Counted from the stretch's first letter, positions 10,042-19,465 are shown. The stretch is 64,000 bases of DNA from an uncultured Eubacterium sp. (GCF_900539325.1 NZ_UQCC01000003.1); one strand, 5' to 3'. Notes: generated from the sequence alone by a model not told the origin. Made by a program: numbers and translations.

Positions 10042-10586
10042 TCGGTCACCTCCTCATAAACAAGTGCGGTGCAATCGGACGAAAAGCCGTATTTTTCCGC
10101 ATTTTGAAAGTAAAGTACAATACCTTTACTCACAGCGCAATTATTTGTAAAGATTTCATTTTCATTTTTTACCGAAAATTCATTTTTGTACTTATATTTA
10201 TAAGTTTTGTCACCGGCAAGTACGGTAATATTCCCCTTGTCAAACGGCTTGATTTTATTTTCCAAAACGAGATAATACCCTACCCCGACTTCGCCGAAGC
10301 GAGGACCTTTTATATAGCACGCACCGTTGTTCAAAGATGAATAATTATACCCGTCAACAACCGATATTTCACTGTCGCCGAATTGAAATTTTGCAATTTT
10401 CTTGCCGCCGTCTTTTAAATCAAAATATGCGACATCACTATTATTTATTACATCAAAAAAAGAGCCGCCGAAACGAAAGCCCACGATAACAGCGGCAATG
10501 ATAATTCCCGCAACAAGCGGAAATATCACTGCTTTTGTTAAAACGGATTTTTTGTTTTTCGGCGTTAATTTACTGTTGTTTATCAT
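10038..10586 (-). CDS. Uncharacterized N-terminally membrane-anchored protein (operon gene D).
   Basis: 182 aa. Single TM VIFPLVAGIIIAAVIVGF followed by a soluble domain. Start abuts the stop of gene C. Confidence 0.55.
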   Translation of the reverse strand: MINNSKLTPKNKKSVLTKAVIFPLVAGIIIAAVIVGFRFGGSFFDVINNSDVAYFDLKDGGKKIAKFQFGDSEISVVDGYNYSSLNNGACYIKGPRFGEVGVGYYLVLENKIKPFDKGNITVLAGDKTYKYKYKNEFSVKNENEIFTNNCAVSKGIVLYFQNAEKYGFSSDCTALVYEEVTE

Positions 10587-11420
10587 TTAATTACCAAGCT
10601 GATTTGCCATACTGAAGGTCTTGTTTTTCTTTGGCTTGTAAGCCGGCGGATTTTTAAGCTTCTTTGTATATCTGTTATTCTTTGCAGTAAGCTTGTTAAC
10701 CTCATGAACGGCACCTGCCATATATTCGGTCATATACTTATCGGCAACAGCCATCATTTCCTTATCATTTTTCATCTCTCCGAGAATAGTTACGGCAATA
10801 ACATCCTGAACATCATTTATACCATCCTCATACACTTCATTGAGCAATTTGAAAAGTTTTTTACGCTCTGCTTCCGTACCGTTTTTAATAACATCAAGCA
10901 CCTTAGGAGTGCCGTAATTCATAAAGAAATCTTCAGGCAAAAACTCGCCGTATTGCATAACATTTCTCTTGATTTCATCCTTAAATTCGGGATAAAGCGT
11001 ACCAAAACGGTTTGCAAGGCTGTCCACATCGTAGCTTACAATACCGTTTTTAGCCTTGGTTCTTGATACGGATTTAGGCATTTTAACCTTGTCAAGATTA
11101 ACCTGCTTGCGTACCTTGAAAAGTCTTTCAAGCTCATCAACAATCTCATTTGATGTTGATTTTACATCTCTGTCATCAATCGCATCAAGTTCAAAAAGGC
11201 TGCGTGAAATAGTATTGTATTCGGTTTCATCGCCCTTATCCTCATAAGCACATTCAAATTGAAGAATGTTTGTGCTCTTATCGTGAACAAGACGATAAAC
11301 GCCCTTTTCGCCTTTAAAATAAATTGATTTTTCGTCCTCGTTTACCTTTTTAAATCCGAGTTCTTCATTTACGGAAGCAAGATTTTTTTCTATATCCTTA
11401 AATGCCGAAGTTAATTCCAT
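10587..11420 (-). CDS. Uncharacterized cytoplasmic protein (operon gene C), rich in Lys/Glu/Asp.
   Basis: The track ORF runs to 11483, but GGAGAA plus ATG (MELTSAF) at 11420 lies 2 nt after the gene B stop, so I call the start there. No TM segments. No Walker motif. Confidence 0.55.
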   Translation of the reverse strand: MELTSAFKDIEKNLASVNEELGFKKVNEDEKSIYFKGEKGVYRLVHDKSTNILQFECAYEDKGDETEYNTISRSLFELDAIDDRDVKSTSNEIVDELERLFKVRKQVNLDKVKMPKSVSRTKAKNGIVSYDVDSLANRFGTLYPEFKDEIKRNVMQYGEFLPEDFFMNYGTPKVLDVIKNGTEAERKKLFKLLNEVYEDGINDVQDVIAVTILGEMKNDKEMMAVADKYMTEYMAGAVHEVNKLTAKNNRYTKKLKNPPAYKPKKNKTFSMANQLGN

Positions 11421-11421
11421 A

Positions 11422-12375
11422 TTAGCTGTTCTCCTGTTTATTCTTTCCCCGCTGTTCGACAAGTTCACCGATGGTTTTGTCACCGTCTGTACTGTCTACA
11501 TAAAGGGTTTTGTTTATTTCCAATTCTAAATTTTGATGTTCAGCCTTACGTACATAATACCTATATACAAAGGCTATCATGCTGTATCCGCCTATAAGAA
11601 GAGCCGCGCCAAAGCACGCTTCGATTATAAAATACAAATCAAAGGCTTTGCTCATAGCAATATTAACTCCGTCGTTTTCGGTAAGATACATATTTTGACT
11701 GAACGAAAAAGCAAAATTTGCCACACACAAAAGTACAAGTGCAAGTCCTGCGCAAATCATAGCAGACGCATAATGACCAAACATTTTTGTACGGGCCGCA
11801 TTAAGCATATATATTTTTACCGTAACTGCGACAATAAGGGCTGCAATAGCAACAACTATCATAATAGACACCTTACCAAGCCTACCGGTAAAAACCGAAA
11901 ATTCCTTGTTGTTATCTATACCCATAGCTTCATTAAAAGCCGTGCAGGCAAGTTCAACAGCCTTATCAAGCGACTTTTCATCAAGTTCAAATCCGTTAAA
12001 TCGGTAAAATTCCTTAATGCCGTCACGATAGCATCCGGCAATATTTGAACTTTCGGAATAATCGTAATTGCCGCCGCTGAATGCGGACTTGACTATTTCC
12101 TTTTGTAAAGTACTGATTTTATTTTTGCCCACGGCATATTCAAACGCCTTTGGTTCAATACCTGTTTTTTCGGCTATCTTTGCCGTCTTTTCATTCAAAG
12201 AGGTTTGTATAGCCTGTGTAACATTATCTGCGCTGAGAAACTTGCCGTAAAAATCGGCATTGCCTATTGTGGGAGATGCAACTGCGAGAATAAAAAACAA
12301 AAACAAAAGCAGTGCAAGCAACACATCATAAAATGTGCTTTTAATCTTGTATAACCTGTGCATATTCATCTTCAT
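11422..12375 (-). CDS. Uncharacterized polytopic membrane protein (operon gene B), paralog of gene E, with the same topology: TM1, extracytoplasmic domain, three TMs.
   Basis: About 315 aa. Hydrophobic segments VLLALLLFLFFILAVA, IMIVVAIAALIVAVTV, ICAGLALVLLCVANFAF, FIIEACFGAALLIGGYSMIAF. The start is ambiguous (ATGs at 12375, 12369 and 12363), with GGAG upstream. Confidence 0.6.
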   Translation of the reverse strand: MKMNMHRLYKIKSTFYDVLLALLLFLFFILAVASPTIGNADFYGKFLSADNVTQAIQTSLNEKTAKIAEKTGIEPKAFEYAVGKNKISTLQKEIVKSAFSGGNYDYSESSNIAGCYRDGIKEFYRFNGFELDEKSLDKAVELACTAFNEAMGIDNNKEFSVFTGRLGKVSIMIVVAIAALIVAVTVKIYMLNAARTKMFGHYASAMICAGLALVLLCVANFAFSFSQNMYLTENDGVNIAMSKAFDLYFIIEACFGAALLIGGYSMIAFVYRYYVRKAEHQNLELEINKTLYVDSTDGDKTIGELVEQRGKNKQENS

Positions 12376-12670
12376 TAAACTCCGTCGTTTTTGTCGGTGC
12401 CGTTGTGGTCAGGCTGTCGTGATGATTGCCGCTTGGGAAAAAAGCCACATTGTCACTTGCAAGAAAAGCACATACTGCAACAACAATAATTGCAAAAATA
12501 ATCGGAATAAGTATACCTTTAATTTTTAAATTACGGCTAAGCGATTTTTCTGTTTGGGCAACAAAATCGCCGACATTTTCTCTTTTCAGTACAACCGCCC
12601 CTCTACAAATATTTGGTTTATTGCAGGACACAATCCCACTAATTAATGCATTATAACACATCAAAAGCAT
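12341..12670 (-). CDS. Possible small single-pass membrane protein (operon gene A). Start and reality uncertain.
   Basis: 109-aa ORF with one strong TM (GILIPIIFAIIVVAVCAFLAS). Its end overlaps the start of gene B by about 30 nt. No convincing RBS. Confidence 0.35.
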   Translation of the reverse strand: MLLMCYNALISGIVSCNKPNICRGAVVLKRENVGDFVAQTEKSLSRNLKIKGILIPIIFAIIVVAVCAFLASDNVAFFPSGNHHDSLTTTAPTKTTEFNEDEYAQVIQD

Positions 12671-12747
12671 TTTGTCACTAATTTATTATAAATTTATTTT
12701 GTAAATATTATTTTAAGATAATTTTTAAAGTAATATTGAAATCTTTA

Positions 12748-12787
12748 TTAAAATATGATAAACTAAATAAAATATGATAAACTAAAG
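12748..12787. repeat. Two tandem copies of the 17-mer AAATATGATAAACTAAA (period 19 bp) in the divergent promoter region between the 5-gene operon and ddl.
   Basis: Copies at 12751-12767 and 12770-12786 are exactly identical. They lie about 40 bp upstream of the ddl ATG. Confidence 0.8.
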
Positions 12788-12823
12788 AGAATATTGCCCC
12801 AGGGCACTAAACAAGGTGAAAAA

Positions 12824-13891
12824 ATGAGCAAATTGACACTCGGTGTACTTTTCGGCGGAGCATCGTCGGAACACGACATAAGCTGTATAAGCGCAAAAAG
12901 TATACTTGAAAATATAGACAAAGAAAAATACAACATTGTAAAACTCGGTATAACAAGACAAGGCGAATGGTTTTTGTTTGATGATGATGTAAATATGCTT
13001 CCGAATGATGAATGGCTAAAGTCAAAGTCGCTTAAAAAAGCATACATCACACCCGACAGCAAAATCCACGGTATCGTAACAGAGGACGGAGAACAAATCA
13101 AACTTGATATTGTATTTCCTGTTCTTCACGGCAAAAACGGTGAGGACGGCACGGTGCAGGGCCTTTTACAGCTTGCACAAATTCCGTTTGTCGGCTGTGA
13201 CGCAACCTCATCGGGCAGTTGCATGGACAAAGCGGTTACAAACGCCGTTGCCGATGCGTTTGGCATTGAGCAAGCAAAATGGTGTGCTTTTACCGAATAC
13301 GAATACGGCAAGGACAGCAGAAAATGCCTTGACCTTGCAATCAACAAATTAGGCTTCCCTATTTTTGTTAAACCTGCAAACGCCGGCTCATCGGTCGGCA
13401 TAACAAAGGCTCACAACGATGAGGAGCTCATTGTCGGCATAGAAAAGGCATTCAAAGAAGACAAAAAAGTTGTTCTTGAGGAATTTATTGAAGGACAAGA
13501 GGTTGAAGTTGCTGTTCTCGGCAACGAAGAACCTATTGCGGCAGAAGTCGGTCAAATTGTTGCGGCTGCCGAATTCTATGATTTTGACGCAAAATACAAC
13601 AATCCTGCATCCGAACTTCATATTCCTGCTCTTTTGAGCGAAGAAAAGAGAAACGAAGTCAGACAGGCGGCTCTCAAAGCATACAAGGCTTTAAGCTGTG
13701 AGGGCATGAGCAGATGTGATTTCTTTGTAACAAAAGGTGACCAAAGAGTGCTTTTAAACGAAATCAACACTATTCCGGGTCAAACTTCAATCAGTATGTA
13801 TCCAAAACTTTTTGAGGCTGTCGGAGTGGGATATACAGAGCTTATTGACAGACTCATTGACCTTGCAATTAAGCGTGGAGGCATTATCTGA
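12824..13891 (+). CDS. ddl: D-alanine--D-alanine ligase.
   Basis: N-terminus LGVLFGGASSEHDISCISA and ATP-grasp motifs. RBS AAGGTGA before the ATG at 12824. The track ORF starts at an upstream alternative codon. Confidence 0.9.
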   Translation: MSKLTLGVLFGGASSEHDISCISAKSILENIDKEKYNIVKLGITRQGEWFLFDDDVNMLPNDEWLKSKSLKKAYITPDSKIHGIVTEDGEQIKLDIVFPVLHGKNGEDGTVQGLLQLAQIPFVGCDATSSGSCMDKAVTNAVADAFGIEQAKWCAFTEYEYGKDSRKCLDLAINKLGFPIFVKPANAGSSVGITKAHNDEELIVGIEKAFKEDKKVVLEEFIEGQEVEVAVLGNEEPIAAEVGQIVAAAEFYDFDAKYNNPASELHIPALLSEEKRNEVRQAALKAYKALSCEGMSRCDFFVTKGDQRVLLNEINTIPGQTSISMYPKLFEAVGVGYTELIDRLIDLAIKRGGII

Positions 13892-14316
13892 TGGCTAAGG
13901 CATTGATAACTATCATAGGTCATCAAAAATTTGACGATGACAAAGACCAAGTGGAAATGAAAACGGTCGGCACAGTTGAATATAATGACGACAATTACAT
14001 AATCAGATATAACGAGGAGCTTGAAAACAGCACCGCTCCGCTTCGTGCAAAGCTCAACATTGCAAAGGACGAAAGCAAGGTTGAAATGATAAAGTCGGGT
14101 GCATATTCTTCCTGCCTTATCATAGAAAAATCAAAGCGTCACCTGTGCAATTACGGCACGGAATACGGCGATATGCTGATGGGAATTTTCGGCAGAGAAG
14201 TTGAAAACGATTTTAACGAAAACGAGGGAACATTTAAGTTTAGCTATGACATAGACATAAACGGTGCAATTTCCTCGCAAAACGATGTGATAATAAAATT
14301 CAAAGTATGTGAATAA
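13891..14316 (+). CDS. DUF1934 (YwiB-like) small protein.
   Basis: 141 aa. The ATG overlaps the ddl stop (ATGA). Size and acidic composition match the family that typically sits upstream of argS. Confidence 0.6.
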   Translation: MAKALITIIGHQKFDDDKDQVEMKTVGTVEYNDDNYIIRYNEELENSTAPLRAKLNIAKDESKVEMIKSGAYSSCLIIEKSKRHLCNYGTEYGDMLMGIFGREVENDFNENEGTFKFSYDIDINGAISSQNDVIIKFKVCE

Positions 14317-14330
14317 TCGGGAGAACAGAT

Positions 14331-16019
14331 ATGTCAAAAATGGTAAAAGAAGTAGAAAACAAGCTTTACGAGGCTATCGAAAATGCCGTTAAATCGGCAA
14401 TCGAAAACGGAGATTTGCCTCAGGCGGATATACCAAAATTTATAATTGAAAAGCCTGCCGACAAGAAAAACGGCGACTTTTCATCAAACATCGCAATGGC
14501 GGGTGCAAGAGCATTTCACGGAGCACCTCGTATGATTGCGGAGGCGATTGTAAAGAATTTCAGTCTTGACGGCGGCTACATCGACAGATGCGAAATCGCA
14601 GGTCCGGGCTTCATCAATTTTTATCTTTCGGACAAGTATTACAGCGATGTTCTCAAAGACATTGTTGCAAGCGGCGACAGCTACGGCCGTTCAGACTACG
14701 GAGAAGGCAAAAGAATTCTTGTGGAATTTGTATCTGCCAATCCGACGGGTCCTATGCACATCGGCAACGCCCGTGGCGGTGCAATCGGTGACTGCCTTGC
14801 AAGCGTGCTTGATGCGGCAGGATACGATGTTCAAAGAGAATTTTATGTTAACGATGCAGGCAATCAAATTGAAAAATTTGCAACTTCGCTTGAAGTAAGA
14901 TATTTGCAGGAATGCGGCAAGGATGTTGAACTTCCTGAGGACGCATACCACGGCGAGGACATCACCGTGCACGCAAGGAACTTCTTTAGCGAAGTCGGCG
15001 ACAAATACGCAGAATGTGACTCACAGGAACGCAGAGATGCACTTGTTGCGTACGCTTTGCCTAAAAATATCGCAGGTCTTGAAGCAGACCTCGGTAAGTA
15101 CAGAATTAAGTACGACAAGTGGTTCAGAGAGTCCACTCTCCACAAGGACGGCTCGGTTCAAAAGGTTATCGAAGCACTCAAAGAAAAAGGCGTAACATAC
15201 GAGCAAGACGGTGCACTTTGGTTTAAAGCGAGCGAATTCGGCAATGATAAAGACATCGTACTCATTCGTGCAAACGGTATTCCTACCTACATTGTGCCTG
15301 ACATTGCATACCACTACAACAAGCTTGTAACAAGAGGCTATGACAAAGCTATTGATGTTCTCGGTGCAGACCACCACGGTTATATTCCGAGAATGAAAGC
15401 GGCACTTACCGCTCTCGGTCTTGATGCCGACAGACTTGACATTGTTATTATGCAAATGGTTCGCCTTGTCAGAAACGGCGAAACAATCAAACTTTCAAAG
15501 CGTTCGGGCAAAGCTATCACGCTCAACACACTCCTTGAAGAAATTCCGATTGATGCGGCAAGATTTTTCTTTAATCTCCGTGAACCGAATTCGCACTTTG
15601 ATTTTGACCTTGAACTTGCGGCAAAGCAAAGCAGCGAAAACCCGGTATATTATGTTCAATACGCTCACGCAAGAATTTGCTCCATCATCAAAAAAGCCGC
15701 AGAAGAAGGCATTGAGGTTGTTACTCCGTCTGCAGAAGCACTCAACAGACTTAATTCGGACGAAGAGCGTGACCTTATTTCTCACCTTGCAGGACTTACC
15801 GATGAAATTATCGGTGCGGCAAAGAATTACGACCCTGCAAAAATCACTCACTATGTAATTGACCTTGCAACTCTTTTCCACAAATTCTACAACGCACACA
15901 GAGTTGTAAGCGATGACAAAGAACTTACCGAAGCAAGACTTTTCCTTTGCACAGCGGTTAAAAACACAATCAAAAACATTCTTGTTATGCTCAAGGTTGA
16001 TGTTCCTGAAGCAATGTAA
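14331..16019 (+). CDS. argS: Arginine--tRNA ligase.
   Basis: 562 aa. Class-I HIGH motif HIGNARG and a DALR anticodon-binding C-terminus. Confidence 0.95.
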   Translation: MSKMVKEVENKLYEAIENAVKSAIENGDLPQADIPKFIIEKPADKKNGDFSSNIAMAGARAFHGAPRMIAEAIVKNFSLDGGYIDRCEIAGPGFINFYLSDKYYSDVLKDIVASGDSYGRSDYGEGKRILVEFVSANPTGPMHIGNARGGAIGDCLASVLDAAGYDVQREFYVNDAGNQIEKFATSLEVRYLQECGKDVELPEDAYHGEDITVHARNFFSEVGDKYAECDSQERRDALVAYALPKNIAGLEADLGKYRIKYDKWFRESTLHKDGSVQKVIEALKEKGVTYEQDGALWFKASEFGNDKDIVLIRANGIPTYIVPDIAYHYNKLVTRGYDKAIDVLGADHHGYIPRMKAALTALGLDADRLDIVIMQMVRLVRNGETIKLSKRSGKAITLNTLLEEIPIDAARFFFNLREPNSHFDFDLELAAKQSSENPVYYVQYAHARICSIIKKAAEEGIEVVTPSAEALNRLNSDEERDLISHLAGLTDEIIGAAKNYDPAKITHYVIDLATLFHKFYNAHRVVSDDKELTEARLFLCTAVKNTIKNILVMLKVDVPEAM

Positions 16020-16043
16020 AAAGTACAAAAACGAGGGATAAAT

Positions 16044-17447
16044 ATGAAGTTCAAAGCAAGCACATTACACAAGATAGGCAGACCTCTTGTTAATTATGTT
16101 TACAAAAATCCAAAACGGAATATACCTAAGGTCCTCAAAATCGGCAAAGCGATTACGGGCAATTTGTTCCCTGAAACGACATGGACCGCTCCTCTTGATG
16201 TTATCACCAATCCGCAAAACACTTGGAACGATTATGTTTATCGCATTATTGAAGAAACCGACAAAGAGCTTCTTACCAATGTGCTCCTTACCTTTGCAAT
16301 TGATGCAGGATATATAGGAACTTCAACTCTGCGTGAAAACAGAGATAAGCTCAAGTGTAACATTCCTTGGATTATTCTTATGGACCCTACCTCTGCATGC
16401 AACCTCAAATGCAAAGGCTGTTGGGCAGCTGAATACGGTCATCACTCAAATCTTACTCTTGACGAAATGAGGAAGATTGTTACCGAGGCAAAGGCTCTCG
16501 GCACACACTTCTTTATGTTCACGGGCGGTGAACCGCTTGTACGCAAAAAGGATATTCTTACCATCACAAACGAAAACAAAGACTGCATTTTCCTTGCATT
16601 TACAAACGGCACGCTTGTTGATGACGAATTCTGCGAAGAATTGAAGAAATCGGGCAACTTTGCACTTGCACTTTCTATCGAAGGTACGGAAGAAACGACC
16701 GATTTCAGACGAGGCGAAGGCGTTTACCAAAAAGTTATTGACGCTATGGCGTTGCTCAAAAAGCACAAGTGTATATTCGGCACATCGGTTTGCTACACAA
16801 GCAAAAACTATGACGCCGTAACCTCGGACAAGTTTTATGATATGGAAATCGAAGCGGGCGCAAAATTTGCACTCTACTTCCACTATATGCCAATCGGTTC
16901 GGATGCCGATACCTCATTGCTCCTCACACCTGAACAGAGAGAGCATGTTTACAGAACCATCCGCAAAAAGAGAAGAACAAGAAACGGCAAGCCTATATTT
17001 GTTATGGACTTCCAAAATGACGGCGAATTTGTAGGCGGTTGCATCGCAGGCGGAAGAAACTACTTCCACATCAACAGCGAGGGTGATGCAGAGCCTTGCG
17101 TATTCATCCATTACAGCGACAGCAACATCAGAGAAAAGAGTATTCTTGAATGTTTGCGTTCTCCTCTTTTCAAGCAGTATTACAAGGGTCAGCCGTTCAA
17201 TGACAATATGCTTCGCCCTTGCCCGATGCTTGAAAATCCGCAGGCGTTAAGACATATCATTGATGTAACGGGTGCAAAATCCACCAATCTCACCTGCCCT
17301 GAATCAGCAGATGAGCTTTGCTCAAAGTGTGACCTTTATGCAAAAGAATGGGCACCGATGGCAAAGCAGATTTGGGAGGAGCAAGAACGCTTCCACCCAT
17401 TCACTCAATACTATCGTGACACCGACGAAGCCAAAAACGAACAATAA
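16044..17447 (+). CDS. Radical SAM enzyme with a C-terminal SPASM/twitch-like Cys cluster and a roughly 110-aa N-terminal extension. Substrate unknown.
   Basis: C-x3-C-x2-C at CNLKCKGCW. The C-terminal motif GGCIAGGRNYFHINSEGDAEPCVF matches the SPASM GxCxxGxn...GxxxPC pattern. Additional Cys residues occur in RPCPM and CPESADELCSKC. It starts 24 nt after argS. Confidence 0.75.
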   Translation: MKFKASTLHKIGRPLVNYVYKNPKRNIPKVLKIGKAITGNLFPETTWTAPLDVITNPQNTWNDYVYRIIEETDKELLTNVLLTFAIDAGYIGTSTLRENRDKLKCNIPWIILMDPTSACNLKCKGCWAAEYGHHSNLTLDEMRKIVTEAKALGTHFFMFTGGEPLVRKKDILTITNENKDCIFLAFTNGTLVDDEFCEELKKSGNFALALSIEGTEETTDFRRGEGVYQKVIDAMALLKKHKCIFGTSVCYTSKNYDAVTSDKFYDMEIEAGAKFALYFHYMPIGSDADTSLLLTPEQREHVYRTIRKKRRTRNGKPIFVMDFQNDGEFVGGCIAGGRNYFHINSEGDAEPCVFIHYSDSNIREKSILECLRSPLFKQYYKGQPFNDNMLRPCPMLENPQALRHIIDVTGAKSTNLTCPESADELCSKCDLYAKEWAPMAKQIWEEQERFHPFTQYYRDTDEAKNEQ

Positions 17448-17454
17448 AAACTTA

Positions 17455-17493
17455 ACCCCGAACTGTTCATTTTTTAGAACAGTTCGGGGATTT
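17455..17493. terminator. Bidirectional intrinsic terminator: perfect hairpin ccccgaactgttc/gaacagttcgggg.
   Basis: 13-bp perfect stem with a T-rich flank on both sides. It lies between the convergent radical SAM gene and ybaK. Confidence 0.85.
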
Positions 17494-17502
17494 ATTATTA
17501 AA

Positions 17503-17982
17503 TCAATCGGCGTCTTTGATTATATCTTTATACTGAAGTCGAACTACCTTTTCCAAATTCTTTGGCGAAGTGCAGACCTGACAGCCCACTCTGCCGCCGG
17601 AGAAGAAGATTTTGTCGGCATTTTGAGCGTTGATATGAATAGTGGTTTTAAACTGCTTTTTCATCCCGATAGGCGAGCATCCGCCGTGGATATAGCCTGT
17701 AAGCGGCAGAAGTTCCTTTTGCGGAATCATCTCGATACTTTTTTCACCGACTGCCTTTGCGGCTTTTTTCAAATCAAGTTCGTGCTCGGCAGGCACCATA
17801 AAAACATAATGTTCCTTTGACTTGCCGACCGTCACCAAGGTTTTGTACAAAAATTCCGGGTCGGTGCCGAGTCCGTTTGCCACTTCAACCGCATTTGTGG
17901 TCATATTGTCATAAGCATAATGCGTGTATTCAAGTTTCTTTTGGTCAAGCACACGCATAACATTTGTTTTGTCCTTTTGCAT
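17503..17982 (-). CDS. ybaK: Cys-tRNA(Pro)/Cys-tRNA(Cys) deacylase YbaK.
   Basis: YbaK/EbsC-like sequence. RBS GAGAGGTGA before the ATG at 17982. Confidence 0.8.
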   Translation of the reverse strand: MQKDKTNVMRVLDQKKLEYTHYAYDNMTTNAVEVANGLGTDPEFLYKTLVTVGKSKEHYVFMVPAEHELDLKKAAKAVGEKSIEMIPQKELLPLTGYIHGGCSPIGMKKQFKTTIHINAQNADKIFFSGGRVGCQVCTSPKNLEKVVRLQYKDIIKDAD

Positions 17983-18035
17983 AATGTCACCTCTCAAAAA
18001 TAATAGCACAAAATATCCACAACATCAACAAAAAA

Positions 18036-18062
18036 ATGCAGGTCCATAGACCTGCATTTAAT
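18036..18062. terminator. Intrinsic terminator downstream of the NSS transporter gene.
   Basis: aaatgcaggtc-cata-gacctgcattt, followed on the minus strand by a U-run. Confidence 0.7.
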
Positions 18063-18070
18063 TATTAAGT

Positions 18071-19465
18071 TTAGAAACTGAAAAGTCCGATTGCCTGTGC
18101 AAAAAGGACAACCAAAAGCACAGGTGCAACGAATTTAACCGTTACATTGTAAATAATCTTACGATTGAACTTTTCACCGTTCTTTGTAACTTCGTCGATA
18201 ATTGTCTTTGGCTTTGCAACCCAACCGACAAGAATACAGGTGAAGAATGCAACAATCGGCATAAAGATATTGTTGCTGACATAGTCCATAACATCAAGAA
18301 TTTGACCGACTGTGCCGTTTGGAAGTTTAAGTTCAAAGTAAAGCTTATTGTAGCCGAGGCAAACGATTGTGCCGGCAATCAAAGAATATACCAAAACGAC
18401 AACACCGGCAGTGTTACGCTTCCAATGGAATCTGTCCATAAGTGACGAAACGATAGCTTCCATAATTGAAACAGATGATGTAATAGCGGCAAAAAGTACC
18501 ATAATAAAGAACACAATACCTACCGCAATACCGATTTTGCCCATGGCGGCAAATACCTTAGGAAGCGAGATAAACATCAAGCCCGGACCTGCTGTCATAC
18601 CGTCTTTGCCCATGAATACGAACACTGACGGAACAATCATAAGACCTGCAAGAAGTGCAACCAAGGTGTCAAAAATTTCGATTTGGTTAACCGACTTCAT
18701 AAGATTTGTTTTGTCATCAACATAAGAACCGTAGGCAACCATAATACCCATAGCAACGCTGATTGAGTAGAAAAGCTGACCGAGTGCATCAAAAATAGTG
18801 GTAAATGTTGACTTGAGCGTAAGTGATTTAAAATCAGGTACAAGATAAATTTTAAGGCCCTGCAAACCGGTGCGTGTAACGCCGTCTGCATCGGTATACT
18901 TAAGAGTGAGTGCAAACACGCCGATACAAATAATAAGAACAAAAAGAATAGGCATAAGGATTTTGCTTGATTTTTCAATACCCTTATTTACGCCGCCGAA
19001 AACAATAACGGCAGTTGCAATAACAAACACAGCCATCAAAATAATCGGCACCCACAAACTTGTGATATGATTTGTAAAATAATTATCCGCTGCGGCTGCT
19101 GTACTCTCACCTGTTACAAAGCTGACGAAATACTTAAGTACCCATCCGCCGATTACACAGTAATACGGCAAAATAATTATCGGCACAAGAGTTGCGACTG
19201 TACCGAGCGGTCTGAACTTTTTGTTAAGCTGACCGTATGCGGTAAGCGGAGATTGCTTTGTTTTTCTGCCAAGTGCAATTTCTGTAACCAAAAGTGTAAA
19301 TCCGAATGTAAGAGCCAAGATGATGTAACAAAGAATAAAAAATCCACCGTTATCTTTAGCTGCCAAATACGGAAATCGCCAAATGTTGCCAAGACCTACG
19401 GCACTTCCTGCTGCTGCAAGAACGAAGCCGATAGAGCCTTTAAAGCTGCTTCTTTTCTTTTCCAT
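18071..19465 (-). CDS. Sodium-dependent transporter of the neurotransmitter:sodium symporter (NSS/SNF) family.
   Basis: 464 aa. N-terminal GFVLAAAGSAVGLGNIWRFPY signature and about 11-12 TMs. Confidence 0.9.
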   Translation of the reverse strand: MEKKRSSFKGSIGFVLAAAGSAVGLGNIWRFPYLAAKDNGGFFILCYIILALTFGFTLLVTEIALGRKTKQSPLTAYGQLNKKFRPLGTVATLVPIIILPYYCVIGGWVLKYFVSFVTGESTAAAADNYFTNHITSLWVPIILMAVFVIATAVIVFGGVNKGIEKSSKILMPILFVLIICIGVFALTLKYTDADGVTRTGLQGLKIYLVPDFKSLTLKSTFTTIFDALGQLFYSISVAMGIMVAYGSYVDDKTNLMKSVNQIEIFDTLVALLAGLMIVPSVFVFMGKDGMTAGPGLMFISLPKVFAAMGKIGIAVGIVFFIMVLFAAITSSVSIMEAIVSSLMDRFHWKRNTAGVVVLVYSLIAGTIVCLGYNKLYFELKLPNGTVGQILDVMDYVSNNIFMPIVAFFTCILVGWVAKPKTIIDEVTKNGEKFNRKIIYNVTVKFVAPVLLVVLFAQAIGLFSF

